A stretch of DNA of 64,000 nt from assembly GCA_963731865.1 (NCBI GenBank), contig CAVSXG010000001.1, positions 56,032 through 120,031 on the forward strand, written 5' to 3'. Positions 31,897 through 41,322 of this stretch are shown in pieces. The notes below the pieces were generated by a model. That model was not told the origin of the DNA. It was given only the letters and a program-made list of their open reading frames with translations, and searched no databases. Origin of the DNA: an uncultured Chloroflexia bacterium. Lineage in GTDB: Bacteria; Chloroflexota; Limnocylindria; Limnocylindrales; CSP1-4. A program made the translations under genes and the position numbers. Numbering within the stretch: the first letter of the stretch is position 1; each line of letters opens with the position of its first letter.

Positions 31897-32313
31897 TCAG
31901 GTCTGCCGCCGATGACCAATTGGTGGCAGCCGAAACGCGCAGCGCGGCCCGGAAGCTCGAGCAACCCGCCGGTCCAACGTGACGAGCGGCACCTCCAGGG
32001 CCTCCGCCAGCGCCACGTACCACCCGTCGTATGCCGTCAGGTTGTCTCGGAGTGACCACACCCGTTCCGCGTGCGGCTCATACGGGAACAGATCGATGCG
32101 AAGTCGAACGAGATCGCCATGCGCAAGCGCGCCAACATCAGCCGAGAGATCCCCGGCAAGCACGGCGCGGCGCAGGATGTTCGCGACTTCGACCGGCATC
32201 AGGTGCGGGGCGACGAGGTCTTCGTGCGCCAGCTCAGATGCAGCCCATTCCCCATCTGACCCGCTGTCGACGAGCGCGGCGACGATGACGCTCGCGTCAA
32301 CGACTACGGTCAA
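31897..32313 (-). CDS. vapC: VapC PIN-domain toxin (TA8)
   Basis: VVVDASV, EVANILRR, TAYDGWYVALAE, LVTLD. Confidence 0.92.
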   Translation of the reverse strand: MTVVVDASVIVAALVDSGSDGEWAASELAHEDLVAPHLMPVEVANILRRAVLAGDLSADVGALAHGDLVRLRIDLFPYEPHAERVWSLRDNLTAYDGWYVALAEALEVPLVTLDRRVARASGPRCAFRLPPIGHRRQT

Positions 32314-32543
32314 GGCCGGTCCGCGTCCCGGTGTTCGACGATTCGGGCGGCCCCCAACCTGGACGACGTGGTACTGCTCCGGGAGCGGGCACCCGCCAGG
32401 ACCTCCGCGACGGAGGGTTTCCGCGCGAGCTCGATCAGCTCTGCGCGCAGGTGCTCCTGGAGCGATCGACCGGCGCGGGCTGCGCGGGCCGCAAGTTCGG
32501 CGCGGACATCCTCGGGAACGTTCCGGACGGTGATCGAGGGCAT
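32310..32543 (-). CDS. FitA-like RHH antitoxin (TA8)
   Basis: MPSITVRNVPEDVRAELAARAARAGRSLQEHL. Confidence 0.9.
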   Translation of the reverse strand: MPSITVRNVPEDVRAELAARAARAGRSLQEHLRAELIELARKPSVAEVLAGARSRSSTTSSRLGAARIVEHRDADRP

Positions 32544-32578
32544 GCCATCATTATGCTGCTACTGCATGCACAATGCAA
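32544..32578 (-). promoter_or_regulatory. Leaderless promoter of TA8
   Basis: TTGCAT-N17-CATAAT-N6-ATG on the minus strand; TGCA repeats. Confidence 0.72.
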
Positions 32579-32590
32579 GCGTTGACTGCC

Positions 32591-33540
32591 CTACGGCTGA
32601 GTCTCGATGGAGGTCGTGGCGAACATGAACCGGCAGTCCGAGGTCCGCATTGGGGGGCCTGCGGTTTCGATCGGGATGTCCTGGTAGGTGCAGTTCCATG
32701 CGTCGGGATGATCGAACATGCCCGTCACCTCGACGACCTGTCCCACCGGAAGCACATCCGGATACGCCCCGTCCGGGTCGGGCACGAGGATCAGCCATTG
32801 GTCGTACTCAGGCGGCACCGCCCTCTCTGAGGGCTCGACGAACAGCAACGGCTGATCGTCGGGACCGAACCACCGCGGTACGTATCCACCACCATCCACG
32901 TCGCAGTTGCATGAGATGAGGCGAGCCTGGAAGGTGATCGGAACCTGGGAGAGGCATCCCAGTCGTTCGCCGAGGGAGACCGTATGTACGGCTCGGGCGC
33001 TGGTCGGGGCCGGCGGACAATCGGGCTCTGCGGCCTCGAGCCACTCCTCGCCGTCGCGGCCGGATCTTGCGACCCACCCGGTATAGGGTCCGCCGCATGG
33101 TCCACGGTCGATGCCGCACGGTGGCCACGACATGACGTCCAGCGAGAACGACGCGACCTCGTACCAGCTGTAGCCGGACGCGTTTACTGGCCCGTTGAAG
33201 ACATGCAGGAACGTCCCGAGCGGAAGGAGCGGCTCGTACTTGATCGAGTCGTCGCTGACGCGCGGTTCCGAGCGGACTCGCAGTCGGTCAGTGACGGTGA
33301 CGACGGTCACGCCCAACAGGGTGTCCAGCTCGCCGACGCCGTCGGTGATCTGCTCCTCGACCGGCCTGGCGGACGGCGTTGGAGCGGTCGGAGCCGCGCT
33401 GGGCAAGCTCGCCATCGACGGAGTGGCCGCCGGCGCGCCTGACTGGACCGCCTGTGTCATGACGAAGGCGTGGCCGAGCCGCATCCCGAGAGCACGAGGA
33501 TGCTCATCACAAGGACGGCTTCGCGACCGCGACGGCTCAA
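32591..33540 (-). CDS. Hypothetical lipoprotein with an SH3-like segment, frameshift near 33460
   Basis: Lipobox LSGC, Pro/Ala/Ser linker, LRVRSEP...GPVNASGYSWYEV...YTGWVA. Confidence 0.6.
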
Positions 33541-33639
33541 GTTCACGCTGACACCGATCTAGCTATGCAGGCGACACAGGGACGCCACGGAGGAGCTCGA
33601 CTGTTACTTGATGCGAGGCAAGCCTGACTTGCTGCGCCA

Positions 33640-33680
33640 TTGACGCATCCCACTATTGATCCTACCATTCGTCCTACCAT
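33640..33680 (+). promoter_or_regulatory. Promoter and direct-repeat operator of TA9
   Basis: TTGACG-N17-TACCAT; TCCTACCAT at 33660-33668 and 33672-33680. Confidence 0.72.
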
Positions 33681-33993
33681 GAGTACGAACAGGCAACGAG
33701 TCAGGGCCGTGGCCGAGGCGCTCGCGCCGTACGGGTCCGAAGGCGCCGCCGCCCGTCACGCGAAGGTCTCGATCAGCCTCCCTGCGGATCTCGTTGAGGT
33801 GGTTCGCTCCATTGCGGTCGCCCGCCACGTCAGCGTGAGTGCCGTGATCGCTGCGTCTCTGCGGCGGACGATCGAGGAGGCCGACCAGGCGCGGCTCGAC
33901 CGGGCTATCGAGCTCGACGCCGAGGAGAACCTCGCGTGGGCCAATGCGTATCAACCGATCGCCGCGAAGCTGTGGTCGGAGCTGGAGTGGTAG
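33679..33993 (+). CDS. RHH antitoxin (TA9)
   Basis: AKVSISLPADLVEVVR...VSAVIAASLRR; acidic C-terminus ending ELEW. Confidence 0.8.
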   Translation: MSTNRQRVRAVAEALAPYGSEGAAARHAKVSISLPADLVEVVRSIAVARHVSVSAVIAASLRRTIEEADQARLDRAIELDAEENLAWANAYQPIAAKLWSELEW

Positions 33994-34361
33994 GCATTGG
34001 ACGAATGCCACCGGTTGGTGCCCCCCTTCGAGGCGACATCCACTACATCGAGTTCCCGGACCTCGGCGGGAACGTGCTGCGTGGGCCGCATCCGGCAGTC
34101 GTAGTACGGACGGACCGCATGGCCCGCTCCACGACGGTCATCGTGGCCCCGATGACGAGCACCCCGCGATCGGCCGACGAGCGGCCGCCATACCTGGTCC
34201 CGGTCGCTGCGCGCGAGGCCGGGCTTCCCAGGGACGGCTTCGTCAAGTGCGATCAGCTCGCGACCCTGCCCACTGCCCTGCTCGGCCCGAAGCTCGGCCG
34301 GTTGAACCCGGCGGCCACCGATCGCCTCGACGCCGCCCTGCGGTTCGTCCTCGGTCTCTGA
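33987..34361 (+). CDS. mazF: MazF/PemK endoribonuclease toxin (TA9)
   Basis: RGDIHY...GPHPAVVV, IVAPMTS, VKCDQL, LDAALRFVLGL. Confidence 0.9.
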   Translation: MVGIGRMPPVGAPLRGDIHYIEFPDLGGNVLRGPHPAVVVRTDRMARSTTVIVAPMTSTPRSADERPPYLVPVAAREAGLPRDGFVKCDQLATLPTALLGPKLGRLNPAATDRLDAALRFVLGL

Positions 34362-34414
34362 CCGAGCGGACCGACGGAGTAGCCACGCGGCAGCGCACCT
34401 ATCATCGGCGGGCC

Positions 34415-35671
34415 ATGCGGAACACCACGGCGGGCACCGCCGACACTCGCGAGCGCTTCCGGCGCTGGTTCTGGCGCCCGCCTCGCCCGCACGGCGAGGT
34501 GATTCCCGACCGCCGGGTCAGCGCGCTCGAACTCCTATACGACCTGGTGTACGTGGCCGTGATCAGCCAGGCGGCGCACCACCTTGCCGAGGACATCTCC
34601 GTGCGATCGTTCGTGGACTTCGTGATCGTCTTTGCTCTGATCTGGATCGCCTGGGTCAACGGCTCGCTCTACGTCGAGCTCCATGGCGAGGCGGACGGTC
34701 GCACGCGGTCCATGGTGTTCATCCAGATGGGCATCCTGGCCTTGCTTGCCGTTTTCACCGGGTCCGCCACGGGTGCCGGCGGCCAGGGATTTGCCCTGGT
34801 CTACACGGCATTTCTCATCGTCATCGCGTTGCTGTGGTACGCCGTCCGTCGGCGGGATCGCGAGGTCAGCCCGGAGTTCCTGGGCACGACCGGCCGCTAC
34901 GTCGCGACGATGGTCGTCCTGGCCGTGGCGATTTTCATCAGCGCGTTCGTGGCGGCGGACCTTCGGGTCTGGATCTGGGCTTCCGTGATTGGCGGCTGGA
35001 TCGGTTTGATCTGGTACCAGGGCCGCGACCGCGTGGGCCTGCAGCGGGGCATCGTGCCGACCCATTCGCTCGTCGAGCGGTTCGGGCTCTTCACGATCAT
35101 CGTGCTCGGCGAAGTGGTCTTTGGCGTCGTCGAGGGGTTGTCCATCGCGGAGCCGGATCTGAAGACGATCGTCACCGGGATGCTGGCGCTCGGTCTCGGC
35201 TTCGGGTTCTGGTGGATCTACTTCGACGTCGTCGGGGATCGATTGCCCAAGGGCGATGGCCGCTCACTTGCCAGCTGGACGCTGAGCCACCTGCCGATCA
35301 CGCTCGCGATCGCGGCGGCGGGCGCGGCCATGGTGAGCCTCATCGAGCATGCGCACGATCCGGTCACGCCCGCTGGGACCGCGTACCTGTTGAGTGGCGC
35401 GGTTGCGCTGGGTCTCGTCGCGGAGGTGATCACGACCCGGGCGCTCGCGGACGGCGATCGATTGGCGGTCGTGTACGGACCCCTCCGTCGGGCGATGCTG
35501 GGTGGTGCGGCTGCGGCGATCGGCGTTGGGTTGCTCCAGCCCGCTCCGTGGCTCCTGGCGCTCGCCCTCGGCGGCGTCATGTCGGTCCTCTGGATCTTCA
35601 CCGTCGCGACGTTCCTCCGCGCCGATGCGTGGATGGAGGAGGACGGCCCCGTTGCGGAACGGGCGTCGTAG
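34415..35671 (+). CDS. Low temperature requirement protein A family membrane protein
   Basis: SALELLYDLVYV, ERFGLFTIIVLGE, WWIYF. Confidence 0.9.
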   Translation: MRNTTAGTADTRERFRRWFWRPPRPHGEVIPDRRVSALELLYDLVYVAVISQAAHHLAEDISVRSFVDFVIVFALIWIAWVNGSLYVELHGEADGRTRSMVFIQMGILALLAVFTGSATGAGGQGFALVYTAFLIVIALLWYAVRRRDREVSPEFLGTTGRYVATMVVLAVAIFISAFVAADLRVWIWASVIGGWIGLIWYQGRDRVGLQRGIVPTHSLVERFGLFTIIVLGEVVFGVVEGLSIAEPDLKTIVTGMLALGLGFGFWWIYFDVVGDRLPKGDGRSLASWTLSHLPITLAIAAAGAAMVSLIEHAHDPVTPAGTAYLLSGAVALGLVAEVITTRALADGDRLAVVYGPLRRAMLGGAAAAIGVGLLQPAPWLLALALGGVMSVLWIFTVATFLRADAWMEEDGPVAERAS

Positions 35672-35764
35672 CGAGCGGCGCGAGCGGCGGGTTCCCGTCT
35701 CGGGCAATCTCCGCGGATCGCTACACTTCCGCGATGGTCACGCAGGCAGGCTCGTCACGCGCCG

Positions 35765-37358
35765 GTGAGTAGCCGCACCGTCACGTTCGGCGGCGCCACG
35801 TACCCGCTGATCCTCCCGAATATCCGCGATCCGCGACTGCATGTCGCGGCGGTCATCATCACCGTCCACGTGCTCGGCCAGGTCGGGCTCGGCTTCCGGG
35901 TGAGCATCCCGCAGATCCTGGCCGCGATCCTGACCTGCTGGATCATCGAAGTCGTCCTGACCTTCCGCCAGAGCAAGGCATTCGTGTGGCCGGCAAGCGC
36001 GATGCTGACCGGGAGCGGCGTGGCGCTCATCTTCCGCGTCATCGGGACGCCGCCGGATGACCCATGGAGCACCCACGCCGTGGGGCTGTTCGCGGTGGTC
36101 GCCGGGCTCTCGCTGCTGACCAAGTACGTGATCCGGTATCGCGGCTCGCACGTGTTCAACCCATCGAACATCGGGCTGGTCGTAGCGTTCATCGTGCTCG
36201 GCAGCACGCGGGTCGAGCCGCTCGACTTCTGGTGGGCGCCGCTCAACGTCTGGATGATCGCGGCGTACGCGGTGATCATCGTGGGCGGGCTCCTGATCAC
36301 CCGACGGCTGCATCTCCTCGCGCTGGCGGCGACGTACTGGATCACGCTCACGGTCGGGGTCGGGATCCTCGCCGGCTCGGGCCACTGCATGACCGCGCGC
36401 TGGGCATTTGCGCCGGTGTGCGGCTTCGATTTCTGGCGGGTGATCGTGACCTCACCCGAGGTCCTCATCTTCCTGTTCTTCATGATCACGGACCCCAAGA
36501 CGGTTCCCGCCGGGCGCGTCGGGCGGGTCGTCTTCGCCCTGCTCGTGGGGGTCGCCAGCACGCTCCTCCTGGCGCCGCAGACCACCGAGTTCGCGGCCAA
36601 GGTGGGACTCATCTCGGGCCTCGTGGTCGTGTCCGCGGTTCGCCCGATCCTGGAGCGGTACCTGCCCGAGCCGAAGTCCGCGGCGGACGACCTGCGGGCG
36701 TTTGCGTCGCGACTCGCGACCCGCGGGGCCGCCGGAACGGCGGCGGCACCCAGCGTGGTCCGGATCGGGATCATCGCCCTCGGCGTCCTCGCGACCGGGG
36801 TCGGCATCGTTGCCGCCGGGACGCCGGCCCGCGGGCTCGTCATCGCCGAGTCGTCCGACATCCTCGACCGGGTCCCCCACGAGGTGGACGCGTCAACGTT
36901 CCCGGCGATCACGGTCGGACCAGGACGTCATGGACTTCGACCACCGGATCGACGAAGCCGGAGCGCAGGCGATCCTCGTGACGCTGGCCGAGAACCTCGA
37001 GCTCGAGAACCAGGCCCTCCTGCGGGCCGACGAGACGATCCTCACGGCCGTCGATCACGGTGATCGACTAGTCGAGATGCAACGCCGGGTCCTCGACGCC
37101 AAGGCCACGGGCACGGCCGTCGTCGCGCACTACCAGTTCGACGCCGTGCACCTCTCGCTGATCGTGCCCTTCGGGGTCCAGACGGGTCTCAGTCTCGGGT
37201 TCGAGTCCCGCGGCACCGTCACCGAGGAGACGTACGACGCCGCCGGTGCCCTGTTGTCGCAAGAGACGTCGCCATTCGAGCAGACATTCGTGATGCGCCG
37301 GGTCATCCAGGCGCGCTGGCTCAACGTGGCCGTGCTGCCGCCGGGCGCGGCCGGCTGA
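35765..37358 (+). CDS. RnfD/NqrB-like membrane protein with a C-terminal extension, frameshift near 36920
   Basis: DPRLHVA, SAMLTG, KYVIRYRGSHVFNPSN, FFMITDPKTVP. Confidence 0.75.
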
Positions 37359-37361
37359 CGT

Positions 37362-38421
37362 TCAGACCCCGAGCGCGTCCGACGCCATCGCCGTCCCGTC
37401 CACCCTCGCCCGGATCTTCGCGAACGCCGTGTCGCGTGATGTGGACGTGTCGTCGCCAAACGGCGAGAAGCCGCAGTCGTCGGTGGTCCCGAGGTGGCCG
37501 GGATCGATGAACCGCGCCGCCTCCAGCACCCGGTCGCGGACCTCCTCGGCCGTCTCGATGCGCGGGTTGAGCGGGTCGGTCACGCCGACGAAGATCCGGC
37601 GGTCGCCCGTGGCGTGGTCGCCGAGGATCTTGAGCACGCGCTCGCGGTCCGCCTCGCTCGAGAGCTGGACGAAGAAGTTGCGAAGGTTCAGCCGGAACAG
37701 GGTCGGCAGCAGCTCCGCGTAGTCGATGTCGGCGCTGTGGGTCGAGTCCTGGTCGCCGCCGGGACAGGTGTGGACGCCGACGCGTGCCCGCTCGTCGTCG
37801 GTCAGCTCGGCGAGGACCCGGTTGTTCAGGTCCACGAATGCGTTCAGGAGCCCCTTGGACGGATCGAGCTTGATCGACAAGCCGAGCCTCGGTGAAGTCG
37901 ATCTGGACGCTCGCGCCGCGCTCCAGGCAGCCGCGGATTTCCGACGCCGCCTCGGCGACCAGGTCGTCGAGAAAGGCCTCGCGCGGATATCCGTCGATCC
38001 CGTCGCCCGGGTACATGAGGCTGATCGCCGACGCGGAGATGACCGCCTGCTTGCGCTTGGCGGTGGTCTCCCCGCTTGCGGCATCGAGGTACTCGTACGC
38101 CTTTGTCGCGTAGCGGAACGGGGCTTGGGTCAGGACCGGGAACTGGCGCGTGTGGCCGTCCGCGAACAGGAGCGTCACGCCATCGCCGGCGAGGGGTAGT
38201 CCAGCGACCGGATATGTCGCGAAGCTGGGCTTCCGCTGCTCGCCGTCCGTGACGACGGGCGACCCGGTCTCCTCGAACCGCGCGAGCGTGTCGCGGACGG
38301 CCTCGTCGAACAGGGCATCGAGCTGCTGGGGGCTGATGGTCCCCGCGGCGGCGGCTCCCATCCCGGCCTGGAGCTCCGGGGATCGAGGGATGCTGCCGAT
38401 CGGTTCGGTGGGAAGTGTCAT
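37362..38421 (-). CDS. Cobalamin-independent methionine synthase II family protein, frameshift near 37890
   Basis: TEPIGSIPR, VVTDGEQRK, VQIDFTE, GVHTC, GTTDDCGFSPF. Confidence 0.88.
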
Positions 38422-38516
38422 GGCCGAAATGGTACGAGACCCGGCGTCAAGGCAGCCGGAACGTCCTATCCTGCGGCATACTCCCGAGACCCCACCCCGC
38501 TCCAGGAGATCTGCAT

Positions 38517-39134
38517 ATGGCTCGCGACCAGGAGCGCCTCGAACGCGCGCAAGAGGGACCGATCGTCGGCGGACTGCCCGACGCCCCGGGGATCCTCACC
38601 GCGCTCCGGCTGACCCCGGGCCTCGGCCTCCATCTGCGTGGCCTCGCGGACGAGCTGCTGGTCAACGATTTCCCTGGCGCCACGATCGATCGCGCGGAAC
38701 GGGAGATGCTCGCGACCGCGGTCTCGGCGGCCAACGACTGCTTCTTCTGCATGGATTCGCATGCCGCCCATGCGACGGCCCTGCTCGAGGTGACCGGGCG
38801 GACGGACCTCGAGCCGCTGCTCGAGACGATCAAGCTCGGGTCGTCCGAGGGGTTCGACGACAAGATGCGCGCCCTCCTCCACATCGCCCGGACGGTCCGG
38901 CGGGAGCCGCGGAAGCTGACGGCCGCCGATGTCGAGGCGGCCCACGCCGCCGGTGCGACCGATGCCGACGTCCAGCTCGCCGTGCTGATCTCGGCCGCGT
39001 TCTCGATGTACAACCGGATGGTCGAGGGGTTCCGCGCCGGGACCGCTCCCGACACCGAGATGTACCGCGCCCGAGCCGGCGAAATCGCCGCGAATGGCTA
39101 CAGCGGGACGCCCCTCCCGGCTGGTTCGAGGTAG
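38517..39134 (+). CDS. AhpD/carboxymuconolactone decarboxylase family peroxidase-related enzyme
   Basis: EREMLATAVSAANDCFFCMDSH; AGGAGA RBS. Confidence 0.88.
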   Translation: MARDQERLERAQEGPIVGGLPDAPGILTALRLTPGLGLHLRGLADELLVNDFPGATIDRAEREMLATAVSAANDCFFCMDSHAAHATALLEVTGRTDLEPLLETIKLGSSEGFDDKMRALLHIARTVRREPRKLTAADVEAAHAAGATDADVQLAVLISAAFSMYNRMVEGFRAGTAPDTEMYRARAGEIAANGYSGTPLPAGSR

Positions 39135-39145
39135 CGCCGCCCGCC

Positions 39146-39775
39146 CTACCAGCGGACGATCAGGTCGGCCCGGTGGCGGGTCCCCTCGATGAGCCGGGCG
39201 TTCGCCTCGTCGCTTCGGTGTACCCACTCGTGGGCCTCGTCGGGTGACTTGCCGAATTCGACGTGCCGGGCGATCAGGCGGCGGAGGCGCTCCTCCTCGC
39301 GTCCCTCGATGTACCAGCACTCGTCGAGCACGTCGCCGATCGACGCCCAGGGGTCCCGATCGAGCAGCAGGTAATTGCCCTCGGTGATCACGAGCGGGAC
39401 GCGTCGCTCGATCGCGATCGCGTCGGGGATTGACGCCTCGATCACGCGGTCGAATTTCGGGGCGTAAACGACGTCGTCGACGTGTCGCGCGACGCGCCGG
39501 AGCAGGTCGATGAACCCAGCGGCATCAAAGGTGTCGGGTGCACCCTTCCGATTCCGGCGCCCAAGGCGTTCGAGGTCGGCGTTCGCGAGGTGGAAGCCAT
39601 CCATCGGGACGAGCACCGCCGCGTCGCCAAGGGCTTCGGTGAGCGCGGCGGCGAGCGTCGACTTGCCCGCGCCGGGTGCCCCGCAGATCCCGAGGATGGC
39701 GCGCTCGCCAACCGCCGCGAGCCCCCGTGCCCGTTCGACGAGCGACGCGAGGTCAGGCGCGTACCCCTCGGGCAC
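39146..39775 (-). CDS. Nucleoside/pantothenate kinase-like P-loop kinase (YggC/FrcK-like)
   Basis: GAPGAGKST, VPMDGFH, KGAPDTFD, ITEGNYLL. Confidence 0.88.
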   Translation of the reverse strand: MPEGYAPDLASLVERARGLAAVGERAILGICGAPGAGKSTLAAALTEALGDAAVLVPMDGFHLANADLERLGRRNRKGAPDTFDAAGFIDLLRRVARHVDDVVYAPKFDRVIEASIPDAIAIERRVPLVITEGNYLLLDRDPWASIGDVLDECWYIEGREEERLRRLIARHVEFGKSPDEAHEWVHRSDEANARLIEGTRHRADLIVRW

Positions 39776-39780
39776 CGCCC

Positions 39781-40182
39781 TCAGGCCGGTGCGTCGCGCG
39801 GGTCGAGGCGCAGGGTGTGGTCGAGCGTCGCCGGCGCGACCATCGCCTCGGTCGAGGCCGGCGAGCCCTTGCCGTACTTCGCCCGGTAGGCGTCGCTCAC
39901 CCCCTCGATGGTGTCCGTGTCGGTTACGAGGACGGCCGTGACCGGGATGGCCGCGCCCTCGGCGTGGAGGACGACCTCGGGCTGGGCTCTCGCCTCGCGA
40001 TACCAGCGGCCGGCTTCGGCGTATTCGGATCGTATGAACGTCTCGTCGCCCACTACGACGATCCAGATGATCGTCCGATGGATCGTGGTGCGATCGGCGG
40101 CGGTCGTCTCGAGTTGGACCTCACGGACACGACCGAGCGTCTCGAGCGTGGCCGCGTCAAAGGGTGTTGGCATGACGGTCAT
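39781..40182 (-). CDS. DUF2255 family protein
   Basis: IWIVVVGDETFIRS...RWY...VSDAYRAKY. Confidence 0.75.
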   Translation of the reverse strand: MTVMPTPFDAATLETLGRVREVQLETTAADRTTIHRTIIWIVVVGDETFIRSEYAEAGRWYREARAQPEVVLHAEGAAIPVTAVLVTDTDTIEGVSDAYRAKYGKGSPASTEAMVAPATLDHTLRLDPRDAPA

Positions 40183-40227
40183 TCTGCCGGATCAGTCCTC
40201 GATCCGAGCGCGGTGGCGCGCGCTGGC

Positions 40228-40629
40228 TCAAAGCGAGCTCGTCGCGACCACGAGCCCGAGCGCGGCGAGGATCGCGGCGAGTGGCCCCCACCCGAACCGT
40301 TCCCACCGGCTGCTCGACGCGATGTTCACGATCGCCCCCAGAGCAAGCAGGACGACCACCACCCAGGTCCCCGCGGTGACGAGCTGCGACGGCCCAGGCA
40401 GCGTCAGATACCCGGCGCGCGCAAGGATGATCGTGGTCGCGATCACCCAGATCACCGCGGCGATGGCGCTGCTTCGTCGGAGCCGGGTCGGGAGTCGATC
40501 GTGGGCTCCGCCCCAGGCCGCCCGACCAAGCGGCGCACCAAGCGCCAGCGCAAGCTGGAACGCGGCGATCAGGAGCAAACCAGCCGCGACGATCACCGCT
40601 GCCGTCCGCGGATCCGTGAGATTGGGCAA
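40228..40629 (-). CDS. Small membrane protein
   Basis: GAGGAGG RBS with TTG start; FQLALALGAPLGRAAWGG; SRWER.GWGP. Confidence 0.7.
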   Translation of the reverse strand: MPNLTDPRTAAVIVAAGLLLIAAFQLALALGAPLGRAAWGGAHDRLPTRLRRSSAIAAVIWVIATTIILARAGYLTLPGPSQLVTAGTWVVVVLLALGAIVNIASSSRWERFGWGPLAAILAALGLVVATSSL

Positions 40630-40713
40630 GGGTCCTCCTCGTTCTCCGGCGCAGCGTACAGGCCGGTCCGGGCAGCGTTGGGCTCGATCGACAGAGGCGT
40701 GCAGAATGAGTGG

Positions 40714-41322
40714 ATGACTGACGACCACCACGAGCACGAACACGAACACGAGCATCACCACCACGAGCACCAGCCGCTCGACTATCCCGACGCCATCGAA
40801 GCGTTTCGCGCCGAGAAGGACGCCTTCTTCAAGAGTGCCTCTCCAGGCAGCCCGGTCCCGGTCGCCGAGCGCGACGCCTTTACGGGGCTCCCCTACTTCC
40901 CGGTTGACCCGACGCTCCGTTTCGAGGGGCTGACGGTCGAGCCGTACACCGGCGCCGAACCCTCGAACTTCGAGATCCCGACGTCCGATGGGAAGCTCCG
41001 GCCGGCGCATCGGGCGGGCATCCTGCGCTTTGACCTTGGTGGCCAGCGCCTGGGCCTGACGGCCTACACCTTTGATGGGGGCGACGAGGAATCGCTGTTC
41101 GTGCCGTTCCTCGACCCGGGCAGCGGCACCGAGACCTACGGCGCGGGTCGCTACCTCGACCTCGATCCCGAGGACGACGGGACCTACACGCTCGACTTCA
41201 ACCTGGCCTACCACCCGTCATGCGTGTACGACATGCGGTTCTCGTGCCCGCTGACCCCGGCCGAGAACCGGCTGCCGGTCCGCATCCCGGCCGGCGAACG
41301 CCTCCCGCCTGCCGAGGCCTAG
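40714..41322 (+). CDS. DUF1684 protein with a His-rich N-terminus
   Basis: GLPYFPVD, LFVPFLD..SG.ETYGAGRYLD, LDFNLAYHPSC, CPLTPAEN. Confidence 0.9.
   Translation: MTDDHHEHEHEHEHHHHEHQPLDYPDAIEAFRAEKDAFFKSASPGSPVPVAERDAFTGLPYFPVDPTLRFEGLTVEPYTGAEPSNFEIPTSDGKLRPAHRAGILRFDLGGQRLGLTAYTFDGGDEESLFVPFLDPGSGTETYGAGRYLDLDPEDDGTYTLDFNLAYHPSCVYDMRFSCPLTPAENRLPVRIPAGERLPPAEA

Noticed and set aside
5600-34400. Integron cassette array (TA-rich, aadA-like and DHFR-like genes)
   Set aside because: Genes lie on both strands, I found no recurring attC (RYYYAAC...GTTRRRY) structure, and there is no intI.
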